The translations under genes and the position numbers were made by a program. The notes under the pieces were generated by a model, which was not told the origin of the DNA, did no database searches, and worked only from the letters and a program-made list of their open reading frames with translations. Shown piece by piece: positions 8,890 through 15,897 of a stretch of 24,000 nucleotides of DNA. The first letter of the stretch is position 1, and the number at the start of each line of letters is the position of its first letter. Source of the DNA: Bauldia sp. (GTDB lineage: Bacteria > Pseudomonadota > Alphaproteobacteria > Rhizobiales > Kaistiaceae); NCBI GenBank assembly GCA_020442065.1, contig JAGRKZ010000094.1, positions 1-24,000 of the forward strand. Reading direction: 5' to 3'.

Positions 8890-9651
8890 ATGAGCGCTGC
8901 CGCAGCCGTCCCCGCCTCCGCCCCGCCGGTCCTTGGCCTTCACAACATCCGCAAGGAATTCGGCGGCGTCGTCGCGATCGAGGATTTCTCTCTCGACGTC
9001 CGTGCCGGCGAGGTGGTGGCGCTGGTCGGCGACAACGGTGCCGGCAAGTCGACGCTGATCAAGATCATCTGCGGCGTCTATCCGCCGACCGCCGGCCGCA
9101 TCCTGATCGACGGCGGCGACGTGCGCTTCTCCGATCCGTCCGAGTCCCAGGCAAGGGGCATCCAGGTCGTCTACCAGGACCTGGCGCTGGCCGAGCGCCA
9201 GCCGGTCTACATGAACCTGTTCCTGGGGCGCGAGGCGACCACCGGGCCGTTCCGGCGCCTCGACCGCAAGCGGATGATCCGCGAGAGCGAGGAACTCGTG
9301 CACGGCCTCGACGTGCGGATTCCATCGGCGCGATCGACCATCCGCGACCTGTCTGGCGGACAACGTCAGGGCGTCGCGATCGCCCGCGCCACCCACTGGG
9401 CGTCCAAGCTCGTGCTGATGGACGAGCCCACGGCGGCGCTCGGGGTCGCCGAGACCCAGAAGGTCGAGAAGATCATCCGGGGCCTGCGCGAGCGCAATCT
9501 CGCGGTGCTGGTCATCAGCCACAGCCTCGACCAGGTCTTCCGCATCTCCGACCGCATCTGCGTGCTTCGCCGCGGCGTCCAGGTCGGCGTGCGCAACACG
9601 CGCGAGACGACGAACAACGAGATTGTCTCGATGATCACCGGCCTGCAGTAG
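8890..9651 (+). CDS. ABC transporter ATP-binding protein (single NBD, FrcA-like)
   Basis: Walker A GDNGAGKST, signature LSGGQRQ, Walker B LVLMDEPT, and the H-loop in ISHSL. Confidence 0.92.
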   Translation: MSAAAAVPASAPPVLGLHNIRKEFGGVVAIEDFSLDVRAGEVVALVGDNGAGKSTLIKIICGVYPPTAGRILIDGGDVRFSDPSESQARGIQVVYQDLALAERQPVYMNLFLGREATTGPFRRLDRKRMIRESEELVHGLDVRIPSARSTIRDLSGGQRQGVAIARATHWASKLVLMDEPTAALGVAETQKVEKIIRGLRERNLAVLVISHSLDQVFRISDRICVLRRGVQVGVRNTRETTNNEIVSMITGLQ

Positions 9652-9730
9652 TCCGGGCAGGACAACCTCCGACCGCTGTTGCCGGCGGGCGTCCGTGCTA
9701 TGAGACGCGCGTCGTCCCCGGGGGTCAGGC

Positions 9731-11686
9731 ATGGGCACGAATCCGGAAAGCGATACACGTCCGTTTCCCGAAGCCGGCCTGCCGGCGCGAGCTGCGTCGG
9801 CGCTCGCCGGGCTCGCGCCCAACGAGTCGGAACTCTTTACGCTCCGCCTCGATCGCAGCCGGTCCGACCTTCTCGATCCGCTGGCCCGACTCTACGGCGA
9901 GCGGACGGACTACGCGGCCTTCGTCGACGATTTGGTTGCAGTCCTTGCCGAGGGGTGGGCGGCGCGGCCCGCCGACCTCCGGCACCTCGATCTTCGCCGC
10001 GATCTCGAGCCGGACTGGTTCCTGCGCCAGACGATGGTCGGCTACGTCTTCTATGTCGACCGCTTCGCCGGCACGATTCCCGATGTCGCGGCACACATCG
10101 ACTATCTCGACGAGCTGGGCGTCACCTACGTTCACTTCATGCCGTGCCTCAGGCCGCGCCCCGGCGACAGCGACGGCGGCTATTCGGTGATGGATTACCG
10201 GGCCGTCGATCCGCGGCTTGGCACGATCGACGATCTTGCCGGGGCCGCGGCGGCGCTCCGCGCCCGCGGCATCAGCCTCTGTATCGATGTCGTGCTCAAC
10301 CACACCGCCAAGGAGCACGAATGGGCACACAAGGCCCTCGCCGGCGATCCCGACTACCAGGCCTACTACCGGATGTTCGACGACCGGATTCTGCCGGACC
10401 AGTACGAGGCGACGCTCGACGAGGTTTTCCCCGCCCACGCGCCGGGCAACTTCACCTGGTATCCCGCGATCAGGAAGTGGGTGTGGACCACCTTCAACGA
10501 ACACCAGTGGGATCTCGATTGGAGCAACCCGCGCGTCTTCCTCGAGATCGTGGCGGTGATGCTGTTCCTTGCCAACCGGGGCGTCGAGGTGTTCCGGCTC
10601 GATGCGGTTGCCTTCCTGTGGAAGCGCATCGGCACCCGCTGCCAGAACGAGCCGGAAGTTCACGATATTCTCCAGGCACTCCGCGCCGCGACCCGGATCG
10701 CCGCCCCGGCGGCGATCCATCTCGAGGAGGCGATCGTCTCGCCGCGCGATCTCGTCCCCTATCTCGGAGCCGGCCGTCATGCCGGCCGCGAGGGCAACCT
10801 CGCCTACCACAATTCGCTGATGGTGCAGTTCTGGTCGGCGCTGGCCTCGCGCGATACGCGCCTGATGGCCTACGTGCTCCGCAGCCACTTCCCAGGCCAC
10901 TTCCGCAACGCGACCTGGGCCACCTATCTCCGCTGCCACGATGATGTCGGCTGGGCGATCACCGACGAGGATGCCGCCGCCCTCGGGCTGTCGGGTCTCG
11001 CCCACCGCAGTTTCCTGGCCGACTTCTACGAGGGGGTGTTTCCGGGCTCGTTCGCCCGCGGGGCCCTGTTCCAGTCGAATCCGCTCACCGGCGACAAGCG
11101 CTCGAGCGGCACCACCGCCTCGTTCTCCGGGCTCGAGGCGGCGATGCTGGACGACGATGCCGCCGGCATCGACACCGCCATCCACCGCATCCTCATGGGA
11201 CATGCGCTGATCGCGGCCTTCGGCGGCGTGCCGCTCCTCTACATGGGCGACGAGATCGGCCTCCTCAACGACCACACCTACCTGTCGGATCCCGACAAGG
11301 CCCATGACAGCCGCTGGATGCACAGGCCGGCGATGGACTGGCGGAAGGCCGAGCGCCGCGGCGTCGCCGGGACGATCGAAGCGCGGCTCCACGGCGGCAT
11401 TGCCGAGATCATGCGCCGGCGCAAGGTGACGCCACACCTCCACGGCGAGAACCCCACCGAGATCCTCTCAGCCGCGGTCGACGGCGTCTTCGCCTTCCGC
11501 CGTATCAGTCCGCTCGGCCCGCTCGTTGCGCTCTTCAACTTCGCCGGCGACTGGCGGCGGGTGCCGTGGGGTTTCCTCGAGGCCAATGGCGTGGGCGATT
11601 GCGAGGACCGTCTGACCGGCCACCGCGTCGCGCCGGAGGAGGGTGGTCTGGCGCTGCCGCCTTACGCCCGGGTCTGGCTCACCTGA
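9731..11686 (+). CDS. GH13 alpha-amylase-family enzyme, amylosucrase / sucrose-hydrolase-like
   Basis: Colinear with the remembered Neisseria amylosucrase pattern: DGGYSVMDYRAVDPRLGTIDDL, VLNHTAKEHEWA, WVWTTFNEHQWDLDWSNP. The nucleophile is in FRLDAVAFLWK, the acid/base in IHLEEAIV, and the third carboxylate in YLRCHDDVGW. Confidence 0.85.
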   Translation: MGTNPESDTRPFPEAGLPARAASALAGLAPNESELFTLRLDRSRSDLLDPLARLYGERTDYAAFVDDLVAVLAEGWAARPADLRHLDLRRDLEPDWFLRQTMVGYVFYVDRFAGTIPDVAAHIDYLDELGVTYVHFMPCLRPRPGDSDGGYSVMDYRAVDPRLGTIDDLAGAAAALRARGISLCIDVVLNHTAKEHEWAHKALAGDPDYQAYYRMFDDRILPDQYEATLDEVFPAHAPGNFTWYPAIRKWVWTTFNEHQWDLDWSNPRVFLEIVAVMLFLANRGVEVFRLDAVAFLWKRIGTRCQNEPEVHDILQALRAATRIAAPAAIHLEEAIVSPRDLVPYLGAGRHAGREGNLAYHNSLMVQFWSALASRDTRLMAYVLRSHFPGHFRNATWATYLRCHDDVGWAITDEDAAALGLSGLAHRSFLADFYEGVFPGSFARGALFQSNPLTGDKRSSGTTASFSGLEAAMLDDDAAGIDTAIHRILMGHALIAAFGGVPLLYMGDEIGLLNDHTYLSDPDKAHDSRWMHRPAMDWRKAERRGVAGTIEARLHGGIAEIMRRRKVTPHLHGENPTEILSAAVDGVFAFRRISPLGPLVALFNFAGDWRRVPWGFLEANGVGDCEDRLTGHRVAPEEGGLALPPYARVWLT

Positions 11687-11692
11687 CCGGTC

Positions 11693-12487
11693 TCAGCCGA
11701 GGATGAGGCGGTTGACCGCTGCCGCCTGTTCGAGGTGGACGAGGTGGCCTGCTCGGGGAAGAACGTGGACCGCAACATCGGTCGGCAGTCCCTCGGCCAC
11801 GGGTTTCAGGATCGCGTCTTCGGCGCCCCAGATCACCGTCCGTGGCACATCGAGCGCGGAGAGACGCTCTTTGTAGAGACAGGCCTGGTGGCCCGGGAAG
11901 GTGGCGGCGGCGATGGTCCGGAGCGCCTTTGGGACCCCGGCCGTAGTCGTATAGGCGACCACCAGCCGCAGCATGTCCGGGGAGATCATGCGCGGGTTGG
12001 CGACCAGCATCTCCATCATCGTCCGCGCGCCGGCAGTGTCGCGGACCTCCGGGAACCCGGAGATGAAGGCCATGTTGATCCACGGGTCGAAGCCGGCGGG
12101 GGCGATCAGCGTCAGCGCCGAGACCCGCGCCGGCATCTCGATCGCGGCCGCAAAGGCGATCGCGGCGCCCATCGAGTGTCCAACGAGGTTCGCACGGGCG
12201 ACGCCGGCGTGGTCCAGCAGCGCGTGGACGATGCCGGCGAAGAAGGCGATGTCGCCCGCTCCGACGTCGAGGCTCGACAGTCCCGCTCCTGGCAGGTCCG
12301 GGGCATAGACCCGGCCGCGCGCGACCAGCGCCGGCTGGGTCATCATCCAGGTCGTGTGGTCGGCGGCGTAGCCGGGGACGAGGACGAATACCTCGTCGCC
12401 GGTTCCTTCGGTGACGCAGTAGACGGAGCGTCCGCCGGTCTCGAAGGTGAAGTTGGAGAGCCCTCCCGACGCCGGGTCCAGGCTCAC
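11693..12487 (-). CDS. Alpha/beta-hydrolase (AcoC/FMP C-terminal-domain-like)
   Basis: GTG start at 12487 forms a GTGA overlap with the upstream stop codon. Nucleophile elbow GHSMG, Asp in WGAEDAIL and His in RAGHLVHLE. The 102 codons upstream in the same frame are Arg/Gly junk and overlap the lipoyl ORF. Confidence 0.8.
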   Translation of the reverse strand: MSLDPASGGLSNFTFETGGRSVYCVTEGTGDEVFVLVPGYAADHTTWMMTQPALVARGRVYAPDLPGAGLSSLDVGAGDIAFFAGIVHALLDHAGVARANLVGHSMGAAIAFAAAIEMPARVSALTLIAPAGFDPWINMAFISGFPEVRDTAGARTMMEMLVANPRMISPDMLRLVVAYTTTAGVPKALRTIAAATFPGHQACLYKERLSALDVPRTVIWGAEDAILKPVAEGLPTDVAVHVLPRAGHLVHLEQAAAVNRLILG

Positions 12488-12729
12488 GCGGCGCTCTCGT
12501 CGATCATGCCGAGCACCGCGCCGACCTCGACGACCTCGTCGATTTCGGCGCTGGCTTCGGTCAGGATGCCCGCCACCGGCGCTTCGACCTCGAGGTTGAG
12601 CTTCGGCGTCCCGACGACGACCACCGGTTCGCCCGCCTGCACCGCGTCGCCCACGGCCTTGAGCCATTCGACGACGATACCTTCCGTGGCCTCGGTGCCG
12701 AGGGAGGGTACCACGAGTTTCACCGACAT
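12484..12729 (-). CDS. Free-standing biotinyl/lipoyl-attachment domain protein (81 aa)
   Basis: Pattern of a single lipoyl domain: GIVVEWLKAVGDAVQAGEPVVVVGTPKLNLEVEAPVAGIL, with the candidate modified Lys in TPKLN. GGGGA lies 13 nt upstream of the ATG. Confidence 0.75.
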   Translation of the reverse strand: MSVKLVVPSLGTEATEGIVVEWLKAVGDAVQAGEPVVVVGTPKLNLEVEAPVAGILTEASAEIDEVVEVGAVLGMIDESAA

Positions 12730-12858
12730 TGCGCTTTGCAGTCCCCTGATGGTCGTTGCGCGGACTGTGCACCCCGGCCCTGAAACGGGTCAAGTGACTT
12801 TTGTCTAGTCACGAAAACAAATGTTGTAGGTAAGGATCGATGTCGCCCGCGACCCGGG

Positions 12859-13659
12859 TCAGGAGACGCGGCTCGCCAGGGTCTCGGCGAAGGTCTCGAG
12901 GCTCTCGCGCGGCACGGCGCCGATGACGAGATAACCGCGGCCGTCGCGGTTCCAGAACACGACGTTCTTGCCTTGTCGCTCCTCGAAGGCCGGCGGCGCA
13001 TCGTCGCGGCCGTTGCGGATGATGCAGAAGGCGACGGGCCCGTACTCGCTGGAAAGGTAGGCGACCTGGCCGAGCGGTTTGCCGTCGTACTTGAGGAGAA
13101 GCGCGCCCCTCAGATCGAGCCCGGGCAGGGCGACGGTGTCGGGGGCAAGCGCGAGGCCGAGTCCGTCGCCGAGCGCCTTGAGCCGCGCGGCATAGGCCTC
13201 CGGATCGCTGGGGGCGAGCGCGAAGGTGTCGGGCGTGTAGAGCGCCACATAGTCGGCCACCACGGCTCGCCAGTTGGGGACTTCGGCGACGTTGACCGGC
13301 GTGACCGAGCGGGCGAGCAGGAATCCGATGGCGCCGCCGAGGACGACGAGCGCGATGGCAGCGGCGATCGCCTGGAGGAACACGCCGCGTGGCGATCGCG
13401 CCGGGCGCGATGGTGTCGGAGTCGTGGTTGCCGCGAGCATGGCCTCCAGCCGCTCGACGGGCGCCGCGTCGAGCAGGATGTCGAACGGCTCGGACGGCGG
13501 CCGCCCGGTCTCGAGCGCGGCGAGGCGGGCCCGGAGGGCCGGTTCCGAGGCGAGGCGGCGGTCGAGGGCGTCGCGGGCATTGCTTCCCAGTTCGCCATCG
13601 AGATAGGCGGTCAGTTCCTCGTCGCTGTCGGGAGCGGGAAGCGGTTCCATGGTCATCAC
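12859..13659 (-). CDS. Anti-sigma factor, single-pass membrane protein (non-zinc type)
   Basis: Start overlaps the sigma stop codon (GTGA, or ATG 3 nt later). N-terminal anti-sigma helix pattern ELTAYLDGELGSNARDALDRRLASEPALRARL, one TM segment (FLQAIAAAIALVVLGGAIGFLLA), then a periplasmic domain of about 145 aa. There is no HxxxCxxC motif. Confidence 0.8.
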   Translation of the reverse strand: MMTMEPLPAPDSDEELTAYLDGELGSNARDALDRRLASEPALRARLAALETGRPPSEPFDILLDAAPVERLEAMLAATTTPTPSRPARSPRGVFLQAIAAAIALVVLGGAIGFLLARSVTPVNVAEVPNWRAVVADYVALYTPDTFALAPSDPEAYAARLKALGDGLGLALAPDTVALPGLDLRGALLLKYDGKPLGQVAYLSSEYGPVAFCIIRNGRDDAPPAFEERQGKNVVFWNRDGRGYLVIGAVPRESLETFAETLASRVS

Positions 13660-14174
13660 TCTTCGGGTCGATCCTGCGCGTCGTCGCCGAGCGCGGCGAG
13701 TTTCGCGCGCGCGGCGGCAAGCCGGCTCATGACCGTGCCGATCGGCACGTCGAGCACGGCCGAAGCCTCGCGATAGGAAAAGCCTTCGACATAGACGAGG
13801 AACACGGTTTCACGTTGAGCTTCCGGCAGGGCCTGTACCCGCGCCAACACCTGGGCGGCCGAGATATTCGTCTCGATCGCCGCTGCGCCGTCAAATATCA
13901 GCGCGGTCTCGGCATCGACCAGCCCCTGGCCGCGGCGGTAGCGGGCGGCTCGTATCTCGTTCATCCAGATCGAATGCAGGATCGTCATCAACCAGCGGTC
14001 GAGATGCGTGCCGGGCTGGAACTGGTGCGCCCGTTCGAGGGCGCGAAGACAGGTCGCCTGGACGAGATCGTCCGCCGTATCGCGGCTTCCCGACAGCACC
14101 ACGCCATAGCGCCACAGCCGCCGCAGGTGCTGCCGCAGTCCCTCCCTCACGGTTTCGTGATTCCCGGTTGGCAT
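13656..14174 (-). CDS. ECF-type RNA polymerase sigma-70 family factor
   Basis: Region 2 is DDLVQATCLRALERAHQF...WLMTILHSIWMNEIR. Region 4 is EAQRETVFLVYVEGFSYREASAVLDVPIGTVMSRLAAARAKL. Confidence 0.9.
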   Translation of the reverse strand: MPTGNHETVREGLRQHLRRLWRYGVVLSGSRDTADDLVQATCLRALERAHQFQPGTHLDRWLMTILHSIWMNEIRAARYRRGQGLVDAETALIFDGAAAIETNISAAQVLARVQALPEAQRETVFLVYVEGFSYREASAVLDVPIGTVMSRLAAARAKLAALGDDAQDRPEE

Positions 14175-14276
14175 CGTGGACGCGAATATCGACTGCCAGG
14201 CCCGTGTTTGAATGGCGCTGCGACTTTAACGGACTCAGCACCCACTCGACCACCAAATCTTACGGAGGACTTTGCG

Positions 14277-14840
14277 ATGAACGAACCTCGGTATTCGGCG
14301 AAGCTGCGCACGGCCGTCCTGTCGGCAATCGCCCTCGGCGCGATCGCCCTGGCCGCGCCGGCACTCGCGGCCTCGACGGGCGGCTCGAGCGGCGGCTCTT
14401 CCGGCGGCACGCAATGCAAGGCGGGGATGGTGTGGAACCAGGCCAAGGGGATTTGCGAGAAGGCGAGTTCCGGCCTGTTTGACGACAAGACCCTCTACGA
14501 GCGGGGGCGTGAACTGGCGCTCGCCGGTGAATACGGCAAGGCCCTGGCCCTGTTCGATGCGATCCGCGACAAGCAGGATTCGGACGTCCTCACCATGATC
14601 GGCTACTCGAAGCGGAAGTCGGGCGCGGTCGAGGAGGGCATCGGCTACTACCACCAGGCGCTCGCCCTCAATCCGAACAACGTCAATACCCGCGAGTATC
14701 TCGGCGAGGGCTACGTCGCGATGGGCCGGCTCGACCTGGCCCAGGCGGAGCTCGACCGGATCGGCGAGATTTGCGGCGCCCATTGTGAGCAGTACCTCGA
14801 CCTCGCTGCCGCGATGGCCGGCGATACCAACTGGAACTAG
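14277..14840 (+). CDS. Secreted TPR-like protein with C-x12-C and C-x3-C motifs, paralog 1 (187 aa)
   Basis: ATG at 14277 with GGAGGA upstream; the in-frame N-terminal extension in the ORF track is antisense to the sigma genes. Sec signal ...LAAPALA|AS, a Gly/Ser linker, QCKAGMVWNQAKGICE, TPR-like YHQALALNPNNVNTREYLGEGYVAMGRLDLAQ, and ICGAHCEQY. Confidence 0.8.
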   Translation: MNEPRYSAKLRTAVLSAIALGAIALAAPALAASTGGSSGGSSGGTQCKAGMVWNQAKGICEKASSGLFDDKTLYERGRELALAGEYGKALALFDAIRDKQDSDVLTMIGYSKRKSGAVEEGIGYYHQALALNPNNVNTREYLGEGYVAMGRLDLAQAELDRIGEICGAHCEQYLDLAAAMAGDTNWN

Positions 14841-14849
14841 GGCACCTCC

Positions 14850-14886
14850 GGCGGCAGGCGCCGGCACCACCGGGACGTCTGCCGCC
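14850..14886 (+). terminator. Stem-loop downstream of TPR paralog 1
   Basis: GGCGGCAG (14850-14857) pairs with CTGCCGCC (14879-14886) and is followed by GCGAATATTTCC. The U-tract is weak. Confidence 0.35.
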
Positions 14887-14978
14887 GCGAATATTTCCCC
14901 CGCCCCGTGTGTTGACGCGTCGTGGGCGTCCTCCGGATGGCAGAGAGGGCGCCCGAACCTGATGCGGGAGAACTCCTT

Positions 14979-15641
14979 ATGGCAGACCAACGTTCTCGTC
15001 TTCGTCCGGCGCTGCTTGCGCTGGCAGTCGCGGCCTCCGCCGCCATGACCCTTGCGGCCCTGCCTTCGCCCACCCTTGCCGCCAGCGGTGGCGGAGGTGG
15101 GGGCGGTGGCTCTGGCGGAGGTGGTGGTGGCGGTGGCTCGGGTGGCGGCGGCTCCGGTGGTGGCGGTGGCGGGTCCTCGGGCGGCAGCGCCAGCACGCCG
15201 ATCAAGTGCAACCCAGGCTGGGTGCTGCACTCCAGCGGACAGTACTGCGTCCGGGCCCAGTCCCATCTCGACCAGGATCTGCTCTACCGGCAGGGTCGCG
15301 CGTTGGCCCTGGCGGGTGCCTACGATGATGCGCTGGCGTTGCTGCGGGCCGCGGACCAGACCGACTCGATGGTCCTCACCATGATCGGTTACTCGAAGCG
15401 GAAGTCAGGCGCGGTCGAGGAGGGCATCGGCTACTACCATCGCGCGCTCGCCATCAATCCCGACAACGTCAACACCCGGGAGTATCTCGGCGAAGGGTAC
15501 GTGGCCATGGGCAGGATCGACCTCGCCCAGGAGCAACTCGACCGGATCGGCGCGATCTGCGGCGACGATTGCGAGCAGTATCTCGACCTTGCGGCCGCAA
15601 TGGCGGGGGACGAGAGCTGGACGGGAACCGTCGCGAACTGA
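14979..15641 (+). CDS. Secreted TPR-like protein with C-x12-C and C-x3-C motifs, paralog 2 (220 aa)
   Basis: ATG at 14979 (MADQRSRLRPALLALAV...) with GGGAG 8 nt upstream. Signal ...SPTLA|AS, a 35-residue Gly/Ser tract, KCNPGWVLHSSGQYCV, the same TPR core as paralog 1, and ICGDDCEQY. Confidence 0.8.
   Translation: MADQRSRLRPALLALAVAASAAMTLAALPSPTLAASGGGGGGGGSGGGGGGGGSGGGGSGGGGGGSSGGSASTPIKCNPGWVLHSSGQYCVRAQSHLDQDLLYRQGRALALAGAYDDALALLRAADQTDSMVLTMIGYSKRKSGAVEEGIGYYHRALAINPDNVNTREYLGEGYVAMGRIDLAQEQLDRIGAICGDDCEQYLDLAAAMAGDESWTGTVAN
15084..15188 (+). repeat. GGN/AGC codon microsatellite-like tract encoding S-G8-S-G8-S-G4-S-G6-SSGGS
   Basis: Direct reading of codons 36-70 of the 14979 CDS. It is 105 nt of almost pure GGY/GGR with interspersed Ser codons. 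Confidence 0.9.
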
Positions 15642-15661
15642 GCTTCGGCTCGGCCTGGACC

Positions 15662-15698
15662 GGGAAGACGGAGCCGGGGGTCAACGGCCCGTCTTCCC
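15662..15698 (+). terminator. Stem-loop downstream of TPR paralog 2
   Basis: GGGAAGACGG (15662-15671) pairs with CCGTCTTCCC (15689-15698). Inner GCCG/CGGC pairs extend the stem. It starts 21 nt after the stop codon and is followed by TGCCAAGTTTGG. Confidence 0.5.
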
Positions 15699-15842
15699 TG
15701 CCAAGTTTGGCGCTGACGACGCAGTACCAGATGTCAGCGTACCTGATATCTCGCAAGCGCCTTGCCAGTCGGCATGACGGTTCACACGTACTACAGCTTG
15801 TGGCGGATTGATCGCCGTCCGCAAGATGCTGACAGCGTTAAC

Positions 15843-15875
15843 GCGCCGGTAACGGCCGGCGCATTGCATTTTGCA
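15843..15875 (+). terminator. GC hairpin plus T-run in a convergent intergenic region
   Basis: GCGCCGG (15843-15849), loop TAACGG, CCGGCGC (15856-15862), followed by ATTGCATTTTGCA. Confidence 0.35.
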
Positions 15876-15897
15876 GGGCGCGTTGCAGATTGCGAGA

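Noticed and set aside
7714-9822. 702-aa minus-strand ORF, plus the 9725..11443 (572 aa) and 8874..10190 (438 aa) ORFs
   Set aside because: These are long open frames opposite to or out of frame with the YhfX-like, ATPase and amylosucrase genes. They are high-GC artefacts, whereas the chosen frames carry clear catalytic motifs.
11687-11692. Convergent gene ends only 6 nt apart (amylosucrase stop and hydrolase stop) as a special regulatory feature
   Set aside because: Tight convergent packing is common in compact high-GC genomes. No hairpin or other signal is visible, so it is noted only.
12488-12793. N-terminal 102 codons of the 366-aa ORF 11693..12793
   Set aside because: This part is Arg/Gly-rich junk overlapping the lipoyl-domain ORF in another frame. 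The hydrolase domain begins at the GTG at 12487, which is coupled to the upstream stop codon.
13389-14276. N-terminal 296 codons of the 483-aa ORF 13389..14840
   Set aside because: It is antisense to the sigma and anti-sigma genes. The real gene starts at the ATG at 14277, which has a GGAGGA RBS and a signal peptide.
14175-14276. Canonical ECF autoregulatory promoter (GGAAC-N16/17-CGTT) upstream of the sigma gene
   Set aside because: The best minus-strand candidate, GGTCG-N15-CGTT, is a poor match in both sequence and spacing, so it is not supportable from sequence alone.
15084-15188. CRISPR-like or tandem-repeat array
   Set aside because: The periodicity is codon-level GGN inside a coding linker. 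There is no repeat-spacer organisation, and no CRISPR repeats occur anywhere in the window.
14837-15211. Minus-strand ORF encoding a poly-proline/PPPE tract
   Set aside because: It is the mirror image of the GGN Gly tract of TPR paralog 2. It has no start context and lies fully inside a supported gene on the other strand.
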